Virus record (IMG/VR): IMGVR_UViG_3300009705_003699 | Length of the DNA: 64,000 bases | Source: an uncultured virus (IMG/VR IMGVR_UViG_3300009705_003699) | Taxonomy: Duplodnaviria > Heunggongvirae > Uroviricota > Caudoviricetes | Strand: one strand, 5' to 3' | Shown here: one piece after another, positions 49,816 through 60,355 of the stretch | Layout: every line of letters begins with the position of its first letter | How positions within the stretch are numbered: position 1 is the first letter of the stretch | Program-made: the position numbers and the translations under genes | Notes under the pieces: model-generated | Seen by the model: the letters and a program-made list of their open reading frames with translations, nothing else | What the model was told of the DNA's origin: nothing | The model's database searches: none

Positions 49816-50664
49816 TTATTCTCCTTTTTTGGACACTGCGTCCTTAATATTTAACCAATCATGATTCTTTCTTACTTCTAAGTTTTTGTCCCATGCTGCC
49901 TTTAACAGTGTGGGGTTCACTTCTTTTTCTTCAAAATATTTTATAAAAGCATTAATATCCTTGGGGAAACATTTTCCACCAAAGCCGAAATTGCCGTCGT
50001 GCCCAGGGACATCGATGTGTGAATTTCCAATGCGACCGTCCGTAAGGAAGCCATCCATTACATCATCCCAACTAAGGGCATCTGTGTATGCCACCTGTCT
50101 CATCTCATTCATGAAAGAAACTTTCATTGCGAAAAAACAGTTACACATATATTTTATAAATTCGGCAGACTTAGTGTCGGTCTTGATTATTTTTGTAATT
50201 GGGAATCTATCGCGATATAGCCCTTCTACCCTTGCACACAACGCAGGGTGGCCACCTAAGACGATTCTAGATGCGTTAATAAACTCTAATCTTGCAGCCC
50301 TTTCGGTTAAAAACTCTGGATTAAAAACAATATTTAAATTGGGGTACTTCTCGATATATCTCTGAGTTGTTCCCGGAACAATCGTCGACTTAAGAATAAA
50401 AATATTGTCTGTTCTACGGTTTAGCGCGCTTATCTCATCCATCACAGAGTCTAAAATATCGAGGCTAATCGTACCATCTGACGTAGATTCCATCGGGGTT
50501 GGTACTCCTACAAAAATAAACTCGCTCTCGTTCACTGTTTTCTCTAAACTATCTAAAGACTTTCGAGGGTCTTTGTCGTATATCGACACTTCTGCATGTA
50601 ATGAGAATCCGGCAGCGATTGCCGATCCTACAAATCCATTTCCAACTATTCCAATCTTTTTCAT
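49816..50664 (-). CDS. ugd: UDP-glucose/GDP-mannose 6-dehydrogenase family, short form (282 aa)
   Basis: IGIVGNGFVG, VPTP, KSTIVPGT, FNPEFL, AEFIKY, GFGGKCFPKD (catalytic Cys). Confidence 0.88.
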   Translation of the reverse strand: MKKIGIVGNGFVGSAIAAGFSLHAEVSIYDKDPRKSLDSLEKTVNESEFIFVGVPTPMESTSDGTISLDILDSVMDEISALNRRTDNIFILKSTIVPGTTQRYIEKYPNLNIVFNPEFLTERAARLEFINASRIVLGGHPALCARVEGLYRDRFPITKIIKTDTKSAEFIKYMCNCFFAMKVSFMNEMRQVAYTDALSWDDVMDGFLTDGRIGNSHIDVPGHDGNFGFGGKCFPKDINAFIKYFEEKEVNPTLLKAAWDKNLEVRKNHDWLNIKDAVSKKGE

Positions 50665-51506
50665 AATCCTTGCTCTTTCCAGGCTTTAAATTTTTCATAA
50701 ACATATTCTGGTTCTGGGTGCCAGTCGTGTTCTCCGAGAAACAAATTTGGTGTCTTGTGAGGATTCCAGTTATTTGTATATCTCTCGTAATTATACATAA
50801 TCGACCACACAACGTGCGGAGTGTTGCAGAGGCTCGCTAGATGCATCGGTCCGGAGGATGGACCGAAAGAACATTCTGTGTTGCTCAGAACCCCTATTAA
50901 CTCATTCATTGGAATATCTCTAAGGTCTTCAGTGCCAGGGATGTGTCCAGATGATTTTTTCGTGCCTATGCAGGCTACAGTCTCGTTATTTATAGTCAAT
51001 AGTTTTAATAATTTAGACCATTTTTCTACAGCCCAATTATCCTCCATTCTTAAAGGTCGATTTCTTATGTGAAACACATAATTATATTTCTTGAATTCGT
51101 TCTCTAATATAACATATTTTGGTTTTATATTTAAACTTCCAAACGACATCTCTTCGGAATGATGAGTAAAAGGAGGCTGTCCAATTTTTCTGGCTGGGAA
51201 CCAAACTACCTGCTTATCGGAAATATCGATATTGTTCTCCTGTAATATTTGATTTAATAGATTGGCATCGATTGTCACATTTGGCATAAAAAACATATCC
51301 GGGATGCCGCCGGTACTATCATACGCTAGCACCTCGTCAGCAAAGTCGACGTATAAGTGCTTTGAATTCTTACGCGCAATGCAAATTGTTTCATCAAAAT
51401 GTTCAGAAAGTGCTCTAACATAACCATGCCACGCAAATAATTCCCAGCCGAACTCACCGAGCCATGGTCCAGCGATTAATAATTTACCGCTCATGTTCAT
51501 ATCCAA
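50661..51506 (-). CDS. GT9-like glycosyltransferase (GT-B fold)
   Basis: GEFGWE N-terminus; EDLR...SSGPMHLASLCNTPHVV resembles the GT9 DSGPMHLA motif. The true start may be 51494. Confidence 0.65.
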   Translation of the reverse strand: MDMNMSGKLLIAGPWLGEFGWELFAWHGYVRALSEHFDETICIARKNSKHLYVDFADEVLAYDSTGGIPDMFFMPNVTIDANLLNQILQENNIDISDKQVVWFPARKIGQPPFTHHSEEMSFGSLNIKPKYVILENEFKKYNYVFHIRNRPLRMEDNWAVEKWSKLLKLLTINNETVACIGTKKSSGHIPGTEDLRDIPMNELIGVLSNTECSFGPSSGPMHLASLCNTPHVVWSIMYNYERYTNNWNPHKTPNLFLGEHDWHPEPEYVYEKFKAWKEQGL

Positions 51507-52149
51507 ATAATTCGAATATTATCCTATCCTTATGATTAACAAGATCATAAGCTTCTTGATCATAATATTCTGAGTAATGTCCGTGGTTACTTGTGTGAAT
51601 TTTGCTAGCTCCTAAAATTTTCTTTCGGGACTCTGTGTTAATGCCTACCTTTTCTTCTATCAAGGAAACAAAATTATTTGCCAAATCATCTGTTTTTATT
51701 ATTTCTATATTCCCAAGAGATATGTCTTCGGATTTCAAATTAGAATTAGATCTCAGCTCATCGGCGTAGCATTTCAACATTCTATAAGTGTAAGGACCAA
51801 CATCGAGTCGAGACATGGCGCTAAAATTTAAATCGTGATGTACTACATGGTTGGTATTTAAAAATTTCTTAACCCATTCTGCAAATGAATTTGTTCCCCT
51901 AAATATATCGCTAAAGAAGGAAACATCGGCTTCCGGTAAATGGCTATGATATAAAGATACATACCACGCATAAGGATTACGAATGGTTCCCACAATGAGT
52001 TTATCTTTATCGAGAGGATTCATATCTCTAAAACCATTATGTTCCGGTCTAACATTGACCGCATTCATATTTTGCTCCATCATGTGTTTTATGAAGGTTC
52101 CTCCACATTTTTGCAAATGAATAAAAACTATATCATCATTTATAATCAT
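51484..52149 (-). CDS. Sulfotransferase (Sulfotransfer_2-like)
   Basis: FIHLQKCGGT (5'-PSB), IRNPYAWYVS (3'-PB), HYSEYYD...D..IFELFGY. Confidence 0.8.
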   Translation of the reverse strand: MIINDDIVFIHLQKCGGTFIKHMMEQNMNAVNVRPEHNGFRDMNPLDKDKLIVGTIRNPYAWYVSLYHSHLPEADVSFFSDIFRGTNSFAEWVKKFLNTNHVVHHDLNFSAMSRLDVGPYTYRMLKCYADELRSNSNLKSEDISLGNIEIIKTDDLANNFVSLIEEKVGINTESRKKILGASKIHTSNHGHYSEYYDQEAYDLVNHKDRIIFELFGYEHER

Positions 52150-52816
52150 TACTAACTCCTACGTAATTTACATGCTCATGCCACTCATTAATCATACCTA
52201 TTCTGACATTGGTTGCGTGAACATCTGATTGATTTTTTAAAAATATGTTAGATTTTATCTTCTGACTGAGTGCGAAAAACGATAAAAACCCCTGTGGCCC
52301 ATAAAAATATTGGGCTTGTCGAATTACCGCCAGGCATTCCGGGATTGTTGTTTTGTTACGTAAATCAGTATATCGGTGCCGATCCAGCATTGTCGTGTCT
52401 AGATCATCTGTACCCACCAGTACAAGGTGTGAAGATACGGGAATTAAGTTGACATCTGCCGGAGATAAATTTCTCCAGGCTTGATTCAATCCCGAGCTTA
52501 ACTGAACGACAAAAAATTCATCCGGCAAATTAAAGCTTTCTACTTTTGGCAGATTAAAATCTGGGTGCGGGTTCCACGTTTCGTGGTTTTCCATATAACC
52601 ATTTATGCATTGTTCGTTGAGGGGCTCTTTTAAGAAATTGACTTGAATCCCTTCTATCAGATTGTATATTTTTTCAATTGCTGGGTATGCATATTGATGT
52701 TTCGAGTAGTGGTTTACTTTTTTAATCTTGTCTTTGTTCGCATCAATCTTTAAAATTATCATAAATGCGTCTCCCAGAGTTCCACGTGCATAAATTGTAT
52801 CGTTATTCTTTTGCAT
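52136..52816 (-). CDS. Divergent GT9-like glycosyltransferase
   Basis: RGTLGD N-terminus; LVLVG...DLRNKTTIPECLAVIRQAQYFYG. Confidence 0.55.
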   Translation of the reverse strand: MQKNNDTIYARGTLGDAFMIILKIDANKDKIKKVNHYSKHQYAYPAIEKIYNLIEGIQVNFLKEPLNEQCINGYMENHETWNPHPDFNLPKVESFNLPDEFFVVQLSSGLNQAWRNLSPADVNLIPVSSHLVLVGTDDLDTTMLDRHRYTDLRNKTTIPECLAVIRQAQYFYGPQGFLSFFALSQKIKSNIFLKNQSDVHATNVRIGMINEWHEHVNYVGVSNDYK

Positions 52817-52817
52817 A

Positions 52818-53771
52818 TTACCACTTAAAGTTTTCTCTATAATGCTTTACTAAGTGTTTAATCTCATTATCAAAATCTTTATTCGGCTTCCAATCTAGCA
52901 AACGCAATTTGTCGTCATTCAACGCATATCTAACATCTTGACCTTCGCGGGTATATGTCAAGTCGGTCATATCTCTCCAGTTGTCTGGTAATTGTCCGTG
53001 ATAAGCTTCTACAATCTTTTTAAAGGTCTCAATATTTTGTTGTTCAAACCCTCCAGCAACGTTGTAAATTTCATTAGTCTTACCAGATTCAATTATAGCC
53101 GTCACTGCTGTGGCAGTATCGCTAGAGTGCAGCCAATTCCTAATCGGCTCTCCACCATCATGTAAGCGAACCTTCTTACCCCTCATTAGGTGTTTGATAG
53201 TTACTGGGATTAACTTCTCTGGGAATTGTCCTTTGCCATAGTTGTTTGTTGGCCGAAGTATAATATACTTAAGGTCATATGTACGTGCCCACGCCATTAT
53301 AAGCATGTCTGCAGCGGCTTTAGATGCCGAGTAAGGGTTTGATGGCTTCAATATATCTTGCTCGTCGTGAAAGCCCTTTTCAACATCTCCATAAACCTCG
53401 TCCGTGCTAAAGTGAAAAAAGATGGGCATCGCATCGACATTACGAGGTTTTAAGCGGATAAGGTCCAGCAGATTTTTTACTCCGACAATATTAGAGTGAA
53501 TGAAGTCAGCGCTATCTATAATGCTATTCCCAACATGAGACTCAGCAGCAAGGTTGATAACGTAATCACAGTCTGGTAGATATTTAAGTGTAGCGATATC
53601 TTCTTTGACAAATTTAAAGTTTTTATTATGTGAGAATTCTTCGATATACTCGATATTTGCTGCATAGGTGCACTTATCGATCCCATATACCTTCCATCCT
53701 TGTGATAGACACTCGCGAGTGACATGTGAGCCTATTAATCCCAAGCATCCTGTAACTACTACAATCTTCAC
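52818..53771 (-). CDS. rmlB: dTDP-glucose 4,6-dehydratase (RmlB/RfbB-like)
   Basis: VTGCLGLIG, NLAAESHV, STDEVYG, YSASK, NNYG..QFPEKLIP, R.GQDVRY. Confidence 0.88.
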   Translation of the reverse strand: MKIVVVTGCLGLIGSHVTRECLSQGWKVYGIDKCTYAANIEYIEEFSHNKNFKFVKEDIATLKYLPDCDYVINLAAESHVGNSIIDSADFIHSNIVGVKNLLDLIRLKPRNVDAMPIFFHFSTDEVYGDVEKGFHDEQDILKPSNPYSASKAAADMLIMAWARTYDLKYIILRPTNNYGKGQFPEKLIPVTIKHLMRGKKVRLHDGGEPIRNWLHSSDTATAVTAIIESGKTNEIYNVAGGFEQQNIETFKKIVEAYHGQLPDNWRDMTDLTYTREGQDVRYALNDDKLRLLDWKPNKDFDNEIKHLVKHYRENFKW

Positions 53772-54418
53772 TAGTCTTCCCTGTATGCATATAATTCGTT
53801 AGGTCCGCTTTTGATTGTCTTAAATCCCAAGTGTTCTAGGTGCCTTACAAGTTGTGGATCTTTTTCCGGGATGTGTACTTCAATACTCATCTGTTTTATC
53901 ATCGAAGCGTGATCTTGACTTATGTTTTCAAAAACCTCGTACTCCGATCCTTCTATGTCTACTTTGAAAAAATCGATCTGTTTTAGGTCATATTTTTTAA
54001 TCAAATCTGCTACTGTTAAAGGCTCTACCTCATATTCTGTCATTTCGGTATCATCGTCATCTTTAAATCTATCTTTATGATTACCGATGACGTTAGCCCA
54101 GCGGTGATATTGAGGAGTGCCGTCTGGTTTTCTTTTACTTCCTTTAAATTCTAACATCTTTATTGTTTCACCTTTTAATCCGATAAGAGCTTTTTCTTCA
54201 ATCTCCACATTATCAAAGTTTTTTTCATTTAAAAAATCCAAATTATTTTTTGCGCATTCGATAGCGTATATTTTCGCATTTGTAAATTTTCTAATTCTCT
54301 CTATAAACGTTCCAGTGCAACATCCCGCATCGACCATCACTGATTTGTCAGTAATCCTAGACAAATCAATATAATGTTCACACCCTTTTCCTAGAAATTC
54401 TAATTTTGGCTCACTCAT
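53771..54418 (-). CDS. FkbM-family methyltransferase
   Basis: VDAGCCTG, IYAIE, IDFFKVDIEGSEY, IEVH. Confidence 0.82.
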   Translation of the reverse strand: MSEPKLEFLGKGCEHYIDLSRITDKSVMVDAGCCTGTFIERIRKFTNAKIYAIECAKNNLDFLNEKNFDNVEIEEKALIGLKGETIKMLEFKGSKRKPDGTPQYHRWANVIGNHKDRFKDDDDTEMTEYEVEPLTVADLIKKYDLKQIDFFKVDIEGSEYEVFENISQDHASMIKQMSIEVHIPEKDPQLVRHLEHLGFKTIKSGPNELYAYRED

Positions 54419-55100
54419 ACAGCCTTCCGTAATCTAACTTCATTTGTTCTAGTCCATTTGCTGGACCAGGTTCAAATACGCCGGCGCCGGCATAATGAAT
54501 GATGTGAGAATCAAACCGATCCGGAGAGCCATTCCACGGCTCGGAGAACATTGTCATGTGATTGAATTTGTGACCGAGATCTTGTATAATGAAGTTGTTC
54601 TTTTTGATTAAATATCCCAGGTGCACATCATCTTGTCCGTAGCCAAGCCAATAGTTATCGTTGATAGTTTGGTAGATGTCTGCGTGACACCTGGATGTCA
54701 CAAATACACCTGTGTTTATGTATTGGTCTTTCCACCCTACATCTCCAAATTGTTGCTGTGCTGCAAAGATCCTGTTCTTTCGATCTCCTCGCCTGGATCC
54801 TTTATCTTCTAAAGTTGTTCCTATATTATTGTGAGCAACCACATCGAAGATATTGGGACAGCCTGGTACCAGCAGCATGTCTGTGTCTAGATGCATTATT
54901 CTATCATACTCTTCGTGTAATTCTTTATGCTTTAGGATACGATAGTGCCACTTTCCGTTTCCCTCGGTGCAACCGCTTTCGTGGTCCATCACAAGGAAAT
55001 CGGCACCAATTGAATCTGCATACCTCTTGATTATTGGGTGAGATATATCGGCGTAGTCTTGAACGCCCTCGTCGGCTCTGGTTGTTATTAAGTATTTCAT
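54411..55100 (-). CDS. GT-A fold glycosyltransferase (GT8/GT34-like)
   Basis: YDRIMHLDTDML (DxD), YINTGVF, IIHYAG. Confidence 0.75.
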   Translation of the reverse strand: MKYLITTRADEGVQDYADISHPIIKRYADSIGADFLVMDHESGCTEGNGKWHYRILKHKELHEEYDRIMHLDTDMLLVPGCPNIFDVVAHNNIGTTLEDKGSRRGDRKNRIFAAQQQFGDVGWKDQYINTGVFVTSRCHADIYQTINDNYWLGYGQDDVHLGYLIKKNNFIIQDLGHKFNHMTMFSEPWNGSPDRFDSHIIHYAGAGVFEPGPANGLEQMKLDYGRLYE

Positions 55101-55777
55101 TCGTATCCAAACTCCTCTTGGAATGGTTTTAAATCGGAAAATAGAGAATCTATGTTTATAGAATGACTATTGAAAAAACCATTATAAGCCGTTTCTAGAT
55201 TCTTGTATATCGCGACCTGTTTGGGGTCGAGACCCTTATAACGATTGGCTTTGTGTTTGTTTCGGTATCGCGATGTAAATTCTTCCATTTCTATTGTATA
55301 TCTTATCTCACAAAAATTGCACACTTCTTTTATTGTGTTCTCGAAATCTAAAATAACATTTTCCATTTTAACTATTAAAATTCTTTCAGGATAGTTCGCT
55401 TTAATAAACTTATAAATGTGCTGCATCCATTCAAGATCCTTCAAACAGCCGGCATGAGTTGCATCATCCGACAGCGTGGGCGAGTCTTGCCCGGGCTGTC
55501 CTCTGTATATTTTAGAAAGGGCTGTGTCCCTTAGATCTCGAATAGTCCACAGTATCCGCAGTTCTGGGTTATCATCCAGTAGTCTCTTGGTCATCCCAAA
55601 GTCTGGCACGTATACAGTGTCGCACTTGCTTAGATAATTTTCAGGCAATTTTTCAGATCTATAAAATACGTGCTTATCTTCAGCCACTTCTGTTGCTTTC
55701 AGTTGCGGAGAAGCTCTCAAGATCTCCAGTAACATATTTGTGCCGGTGCGGCCGCAACCCAAAACAAGAGCACTCAT
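55097..55777 (-). CDS. Sulfotransferase (Sulfotransfer_3-like)
   Basis: LVLGCGRTGTNML (5'-PSB), IRDLRDTALS (3'-PB), ILIVKMENV. Likely start at 55777 (ATGA overlap). Confidence 0.75.
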   Translation of the reverse strand: MSALVLGCGRTGTNMLLEILRASPQLKATEVAEDKHVFYRSEKLPENYLSKCDTVYVPDFGMTKRLLDDNPELRILWTIRDLRDTALSKIYRGQPGQDSPTLSDDATHAGCLKDLEWMQHIYKFIKANYPERILIVKMENVILDFENTIKEVCNFCEIRYTIEMEEFTSRYRNKHKANRYKGLDPKQVAIYKNLETAYNGFFNSHSINIDSLFSDLKPFQEEFGYE

Positions 55778-56523
55778 TGTCCATCTCCTGTCTGTGTTAT
55801 CACTGCACAAAATCTGCGGGGGTTTTTACTGGGTCCAAACATGGTCATTTTAAATCCATACTTATCACACAAAAAAGGCAAATTATAGTTACCACAAGCT
55901 TCCTCAGTGGGCTCCGGTTCCCAAGGATAATCGACCGGAAATTCTCCGACGTCTCCGGCGCGAGGGAAGGCTGCTCGATGTGTAACCTGTGTGTATCTGT
56001 TTTTCTCTCCCAAAAGGCGCGCCTTATCTCCAGCTATGACTACATGACCTCCAGGTACAATTAGTTTATTAATTTTAATAAAAGCTTGTTGAATTCCTTC
56101 TGGGTTATGGTTTTTAATGCTTCGGGGGGCGCCGAGGTTTTTCATGGTAAACATACACATTACGTTCAACATTAATATCACATCGTATTTGGATCCTGTA
56201 TTTTTATCGAAATCGCCTTGAAATTTTAAAAAATCGCTTCTATGATAATGAAGATTGGGTGCTCCGAACGTTTCATTAATTTTCATTATGGGATCAATTG
56301 CTACTACCTTCGACGCCCGTGTTTTAAAGAAATTACTAAATCGGCCGTTGCCGCAGCCGACATCTAAGACACTATCAGTTGAGTTAAAATATTCCGATAG
56401 TCCGTATTTTATCCAATATTCTTTTTCAAAGTCTTTCATATTTGGATAACCAAATATATCAGTATAATTGTCATCATACCACGACCGGCACGATTTATTG
56501 CTGTCGTGGTCATATCTGCTCAT
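55774..56523 (-). CDS. Class I SAM-dependent methyltransferase
   Basis: VLDVGCGNG, VVAID, YDVI, LIVPGGHVV. Confidence 0.82.
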   Translation of the reverse strand: MSRYDHDSNKSCRSWYDDNYTDIFGYPNMKDFEKEYWIKYGLSEYFNSTDSVLDVGCGNGRFSNFFKTRASKVVAIDPIMKINETFGAPNLHYHRSDFLKFQGDFDKNTGSKYDVILMLNVMCMFTMKNLGAPRSIKNHNPEGIQQAFIKINKLIVPGGHVVIAGDKARLLGEKNRYTQVTHRAAFPRAGDVGEFPVDYPWEPEPTEEACGNYNLPFLCDKYGFKMTMFGPSKNPRRFCAVITQTGDGQ

Positions 56524-56783
56524 CAGTCGTCCTTGCCATACATCTTGGTGCTTCCTTGTTTGTATAACTTTTGTAGCTTGCCTGTTTCTGCCATATGATT
56601 TAAGGATTCATCAATTTCTTGAATTAGATCATTTCGTTGTGAATTGGCGACGTTTGTAACGCGGCAGGCATCTGCTATCTCTTTGTCAGTACCATTCTTC
56701 TTGCGTTTGATATCTTCTGCCATCCATATACGAATATTCGCGATCGTTAATTTGTCTATTAAGTTTCCTATTGTATCAGCCAT
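56523..56783 (-). CDS. Small helical protein (DUF4254-like)
   Basis: TIGNLIDKLTIANIRIWMAED...NSQRNDLIQEID; GGAG SD. Confidence 0.6.
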   Translation of the reverse strand: MADTIGNLIDKLTIANIRIWMAEDIKRKKNGTDKEIADACRVTNVANSQRNDLIQEIDESLNHMAETGKLQKLYKQGSTKMYGKDD

Positions 56784-56798
56784 TAGAATATCTCCTTT

Positions 56799-58031
56799 TT
56801 ATTTTCCTATGATTTCAAACTCAGGGCACGGCACAATAAACTTGCCGCCGGCATTCAAAAAGTCTGATTCTCTCTCGACAAATTCCTTAATAAAATGCCA
56901 TGGCAAAACCAGCAAATAATCTGGATTGGATGCGCGCATTTCTTTCTCAGAAACAATTGGTATATTGGTTCCAACGACGTACTTACCAAACTTTTGAGGG
57001 CTTCGTTCGGCGATGGCCACAATATCGTCTGGCGTTAATCCATAATACTGCAGGAGCGTGTTGCCTTTCGTGGAGGCTCCATATCCATAAACAGTTTTGC
57101 CTTTCGCTACCTCTGCTCTGATAAAATCGACCGTTTGGGTCTTCATTGCTTCTAATTTTCTTTCAAACTCCACCCACATTGCTGGGTCCGAGATATCGGC
57201 ATGTTCATTCTCGTATGCTAAGATTGTTTTAATTCTAAAATCGCAGACATCCCGAAGAGGTTTGGTCGCAAAAGATGTTTCTCTTGCCTCTCCTTTTTGA
57301 ATATATACTCGGCAACTTCCGCCATTCGTGTCATTCAGCGCACAGTCCACGATCTTCAACCCATGGGCATCCATCAACTTCTTCATGCTATTCAGAGAAT
57401 GGTAATATACGTGCTCATGACAAATGTTATCAAATGCCATCTGCTTAACCATAAGGGGTGTATAGGATAACTGAACCACCCAAATACCATCATCATGAAG
57501 AATTTTCTTTATATCTTCGATAAAGTCTGCTGGATCGTCTAAGTCATAGAACATCGCGATCGTTGTTATGATTTTACACTTCTTATCGCCGTGACCGGTT
57601 CGCTGGTATGCCTCATATGAGAAAAAATCCTGAATGACAACATCTGCCAGTTGTGACGAGAATTCAAGGAAGGAGTCTTCCACCGGATCGATTCCAATCT
57701 TTACAAATTCCTCGGGAATAAAGTTAAACATGGTGCCATCATTGCACGCAATATCTAGCCAAACATCGCCTTTCTCGTATTTAACTCTGTTAGATGCCTC
57801 TTCTGCGATATTTCTTAATTGATTTGTCATTGATGCGTTGGTTCCGGAACGATACCAATAGGTTCCGTACATCTTGTCGGGATCAACAACCTGAGTTAAT
57901 CTTGGTGCACCGATATTCTCATCCATAATCAGGGTCAGAGGAGCTAGCTCCCTATCTGTATACTCTTTTGCTGGATCTGTGAGGAAATCTGATACATATA
58001 GTTTCCCCAAATCTAATAATGTTTCTGACAT
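56799..58031 (-). CDS. NDP-sugar C-methyltransferase
   Basis: YWYRSG, LDIACNDG, FDNICHEHVYY, NGGS, GYGASTKGNTLL, PDYLLVLPWHF, GGKFIVP. Confidence 0.88.
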   Translation of the reverse strand: MSETLLDLGKLYVSDFLTDPAKEYTDRELAPLTLIMDENIGAPRLTQVVDPDKMYGTYWYRSGTNASMTNQLRNIAEEASNRVKYEKGDVWLDIACNDGTMFNFIPEEFVKIGIDPVEDSFLEFSSQLADVVIQDFFSYEAYQRTGHGDKKCKIITTIAMFYDLDDPADFIEDIKKILHDDGIWVVQLSYTPLMVKQMAFDNICHEHVYYHSLNSMKKLMDAHGLKIVDCALNDTNGGSCRVYIQKGEARETSFATKPLRDVCDFRIKTILAYENEHADISDPAMWVEFERKLEAMKTQTVDFIRAEVAKGKTVYGYGASTKGNTLLQYYGLTPDDIVAIAERSPQKFGKYVVGTNIPIVSEKEMRASNPDYLLVLPWHFIKEFVERESDFLNAGGKFIVPCPEFEIIGK

Positions 58032-58670
58032 TTACCATCTCCTTTTGCAATAAAAATCATTTATTTTCCATCTTGCATCTTTTTGATAACCAAATTGCTG
58101 CAAATATTCTTCTATCTCTGGATCATTGAAATTGTTTTCTACGACCAAGAGTGATACGTTCCATCGATTTAAATCGAGACCTTTCAAGGCATCCAACTCG
58201 GTGCCTTCCGTATCTATCGATATAAAGTCTATATTAACACCAAAATCGTGCTCTGTCAAGATATTATCTAATGTTCTTACTTCAACATCAATCTGCTTAG
58301 TGTCGTTGATGATATGTTCGTGCTGGTCGACAAGACGCTTATCCGGCTCTAATCCGCTCACAGATGACATTATATTGCGTTCTCCGATGTCAAAGACGGT
58401 AAAGGGTACGCTTGACTCGTTGGAGGAGCCACAGGCGTATTGTGCGGCTTCTTTTCGCACTTCTTTTACAAGTTTAAAATACTCTGGATTTGGTTCGATA
58501 CATAAAGTTCTCCAACCCATTCTTTCAAAATAGAGAGTATTAGATCCTCTGATGCCATTAGCTGCTCCTACTTCGACGCATGAGCCAGCAGTTTTATTCT
58601 GAAAATATAGCTCGATTAACACATCCGTGCTAAATTGACCATAGTATCCTTCTTTTGGTTCGTAACCCAT
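58032..58670 (-). CDS. FkbM-family methyltransferase
   Basis: YYGQFSTD, VEVGAANG..SNT, CIEPN, IDFISIDTEGTEL. Confidence 0.85.
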   Translation of the reverse strand: MGYEPKEGYYGQFSTDVLIELYFQNKTAGSCVEVGAANGIRGSNTLYFERMGWRTLCIEPNPEYFKLVKEVRKEAAQYACGSSNESSVPFTVFDIGERNIMSSVSGLEPDKRLVDQHEHIINDTKQIDVEVRTLDNILTEHDFGVNIDFISIDTEGTELDALKGLDLNRWNVSLLVVENNFNDPEIEEYLQQFGYQKDARWKINDFYCKRRW

Positions 58671-59383
58671 CAGTATTTATCCTTATTGTCTTCTAATACC
58701 TGCAGCAGATATTCTATGTCTTCCATGTTGGGTACTATTTTGGTGCTTGTTCCGTACAGACTACCACATTCAGGTCTGGGAAAAGGCTTGCCTTTAAGGA
58801 ATACGTTGCAATTGTAATATAAATCTTTTTCATCATCAAGAGATACAATTAAATTTCCATCATTTTTTGCTTTTTCCATATTGTCTTCCTCAAAGTCCCA
58901 CGGTGTCATCTCTGGTTTTAGGTATTTCATAAAATATCTCTTGGTCCAGATTGAGGGCGCAAGTGACGTCCGATATGTGGCATTGGGGTTTATTGCCAAA
59001 ATACCCTCTTTCAGTGGACTAGCACGATTATTTAAAGTCCGGTCTAGGTGTGCTTTTGATGCTCCGTTTTCAATCTCATTTGCCAAGAGAGCAACCTTGT
59101 CTGTATCTATTTTGTCAATCAGCATTATATCCTCCACCGTGAAAACGAAATATTTGTCTTCCACTTCTTTCATGTAGGGAATCAGCGGTGTGCTCCAGAT
59201 TCTGCCGTATTTCGCTTGCTCACCAAGGGACACAAAGCTGCAATTATCTGGCAGTGTTGGAACATCGCATTCATCAAAGCCTAAAAACACAATCTCTTGT
59301 CCCGGCCAATATTTATTAAAAAGAACAGAGTATGGCTCCAGTAAGAAAGAGTATTTTTTAGATGTCGATACAAAAACTTTCAC
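58670..59383 (-). CDS. Putative glycosyltransferase-like protein (237 aa)
   Basis: GT-A-like layout (VFVST..Y, FVFTVEDIML, YRTSLAPSIW, TPWDFE) inside the sugar cluster. Confidence 0.5.
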   Translation of the reverse strand: MKVFVSTSKKYSFLLEPYSVLFNKYWPGQEIVFLGFDECDVPTLPDNCSFVSLGEQAKYGRIWSTPLIPYMKEVEDKYFVFTVEDIMLIDKIDTDKVALLANEIENGASKAHLDRTLNNRASPLKEGILAINPNATYRTSLAPSIWTKRYFMKYLKPEMTPWDFEEDNMEKAKNDGNLIVSLDDEKDLYYNCNVFLKGKPFPRPECGSLYGTSTKIVPNMEDIEYLLQVLEDNKDKY

Positions 59384-60348
59384 TTCTCACCGCTGAGTAA
59401 CTTAATATCGCTAGCCACCATTCTGGAAACCATCTCATCAAAAGAAACTCTCGGCTTCCATCCCAACATACGGGTGGCTTTTGAACAATCTCCGATTAGG
59501 ACATCTACTTCTGCTGGTCTTAAGAATCTTGGATCTTGTACGACGTATCTTTCCCAGTCTGGAATCCCAACACAACTAAAAGCCTTTGTTAAAAATCTTT
59601 TGATTGAATAACTTTTGCCGGTAGCAATAATATAATCATCTGGAGTATCATGCTGCAACATCAGCCACATAGCTTCTACGTAGTCTGGGGCATACCCCCA
59701 ATCTCTTTTGGCGTCTAGATTACCCAAAGCAATATGATCCGCCAATCCTAAATGGATCTTAGCTACGCCATCGGTAATCTTTCGTGTAACAAACTCTTTG
59801 CCGCGGCGTTCTGATTCATGATTGAACAAGATTCCACTGCATGCATATATATCATATGATTCACGGTAATTCTTTGTAATCCAGTGCCCATATAGCTTGG
59901 ATACGCCATATGGACTTCTGGGGTAAAAGCGAGTTGTTTCAATCTGAGGCGTCTCGGTCACTCTCCCGAACATTTCGGAGGTTGAAGCCTGATAGAATTT
60001 AATGGGCTTTCCGTACTCTCTAATAGCCTCAAGCATTCTTAAAACTCCGAGACCGTCAATGTTTCCCGTGGTCTCTGGAGTATTCCAGCTTTCACCCACA
60101 AAGGACATTGCCCCAAGATTATAAATCTCATCGGGATCTGATTCCTTGATGGTCCGAAGAAGAGAGTTTTGATCCGCCAGATCTCCGTTTATGAAAGTTA
60201 TCTTATCTTCTAAATGACCTGTGTTTACTCGGTTTTTGCGGGACGTCCGGCGCTCCATTCCATATATCTTATAATCTTTGGTCAATAAAAAGTCAGCTAA
60301 GTAGCTGCCGTCTTGTCCGTTGATTCCTGTTATCAGTGCTGTTTTCAT
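59380..60348 (-). CDS. gmd: GDP-mannose 4,6-dehydratase
   Basis: ALITGINGQDGSYLA, YNLGAMSFV, QASTSEMFG, PRSPYGVSK, LFNHESERRG..FVTRKI, LGNLDAKRDWG. Confidence 0.95.
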   Translation of the reverse strand: MKTALITGINGQDGSYLADFLLTKDYKIYGMERRTSRKNRVNTGHLEDKITFINGDLADQNSLLRTIKESDPDEIYNLGAMSFVGESWNTPETTGNIDGLGVLRMLEAIREYGKPIKFYQASTSEMFGRVTETPQIETTRFYPRSPYGVSKLYGHWITKNYRESYDIYACSGILFNHESERRGKEFVTRKITDGVAKIHLGLADHIALGNLDAKRDWGYAPDYVEAMWLMLQHDTPDDYIIATGKSYSIKRFLTKAFSCVGIPDWERYVVQDPRFLRPAEVDVLIGDCSKATRMLGWKPRVSFDEMVSRMVASDIKLLSGEK

Positions 60349-60355
60349 TTGTTTC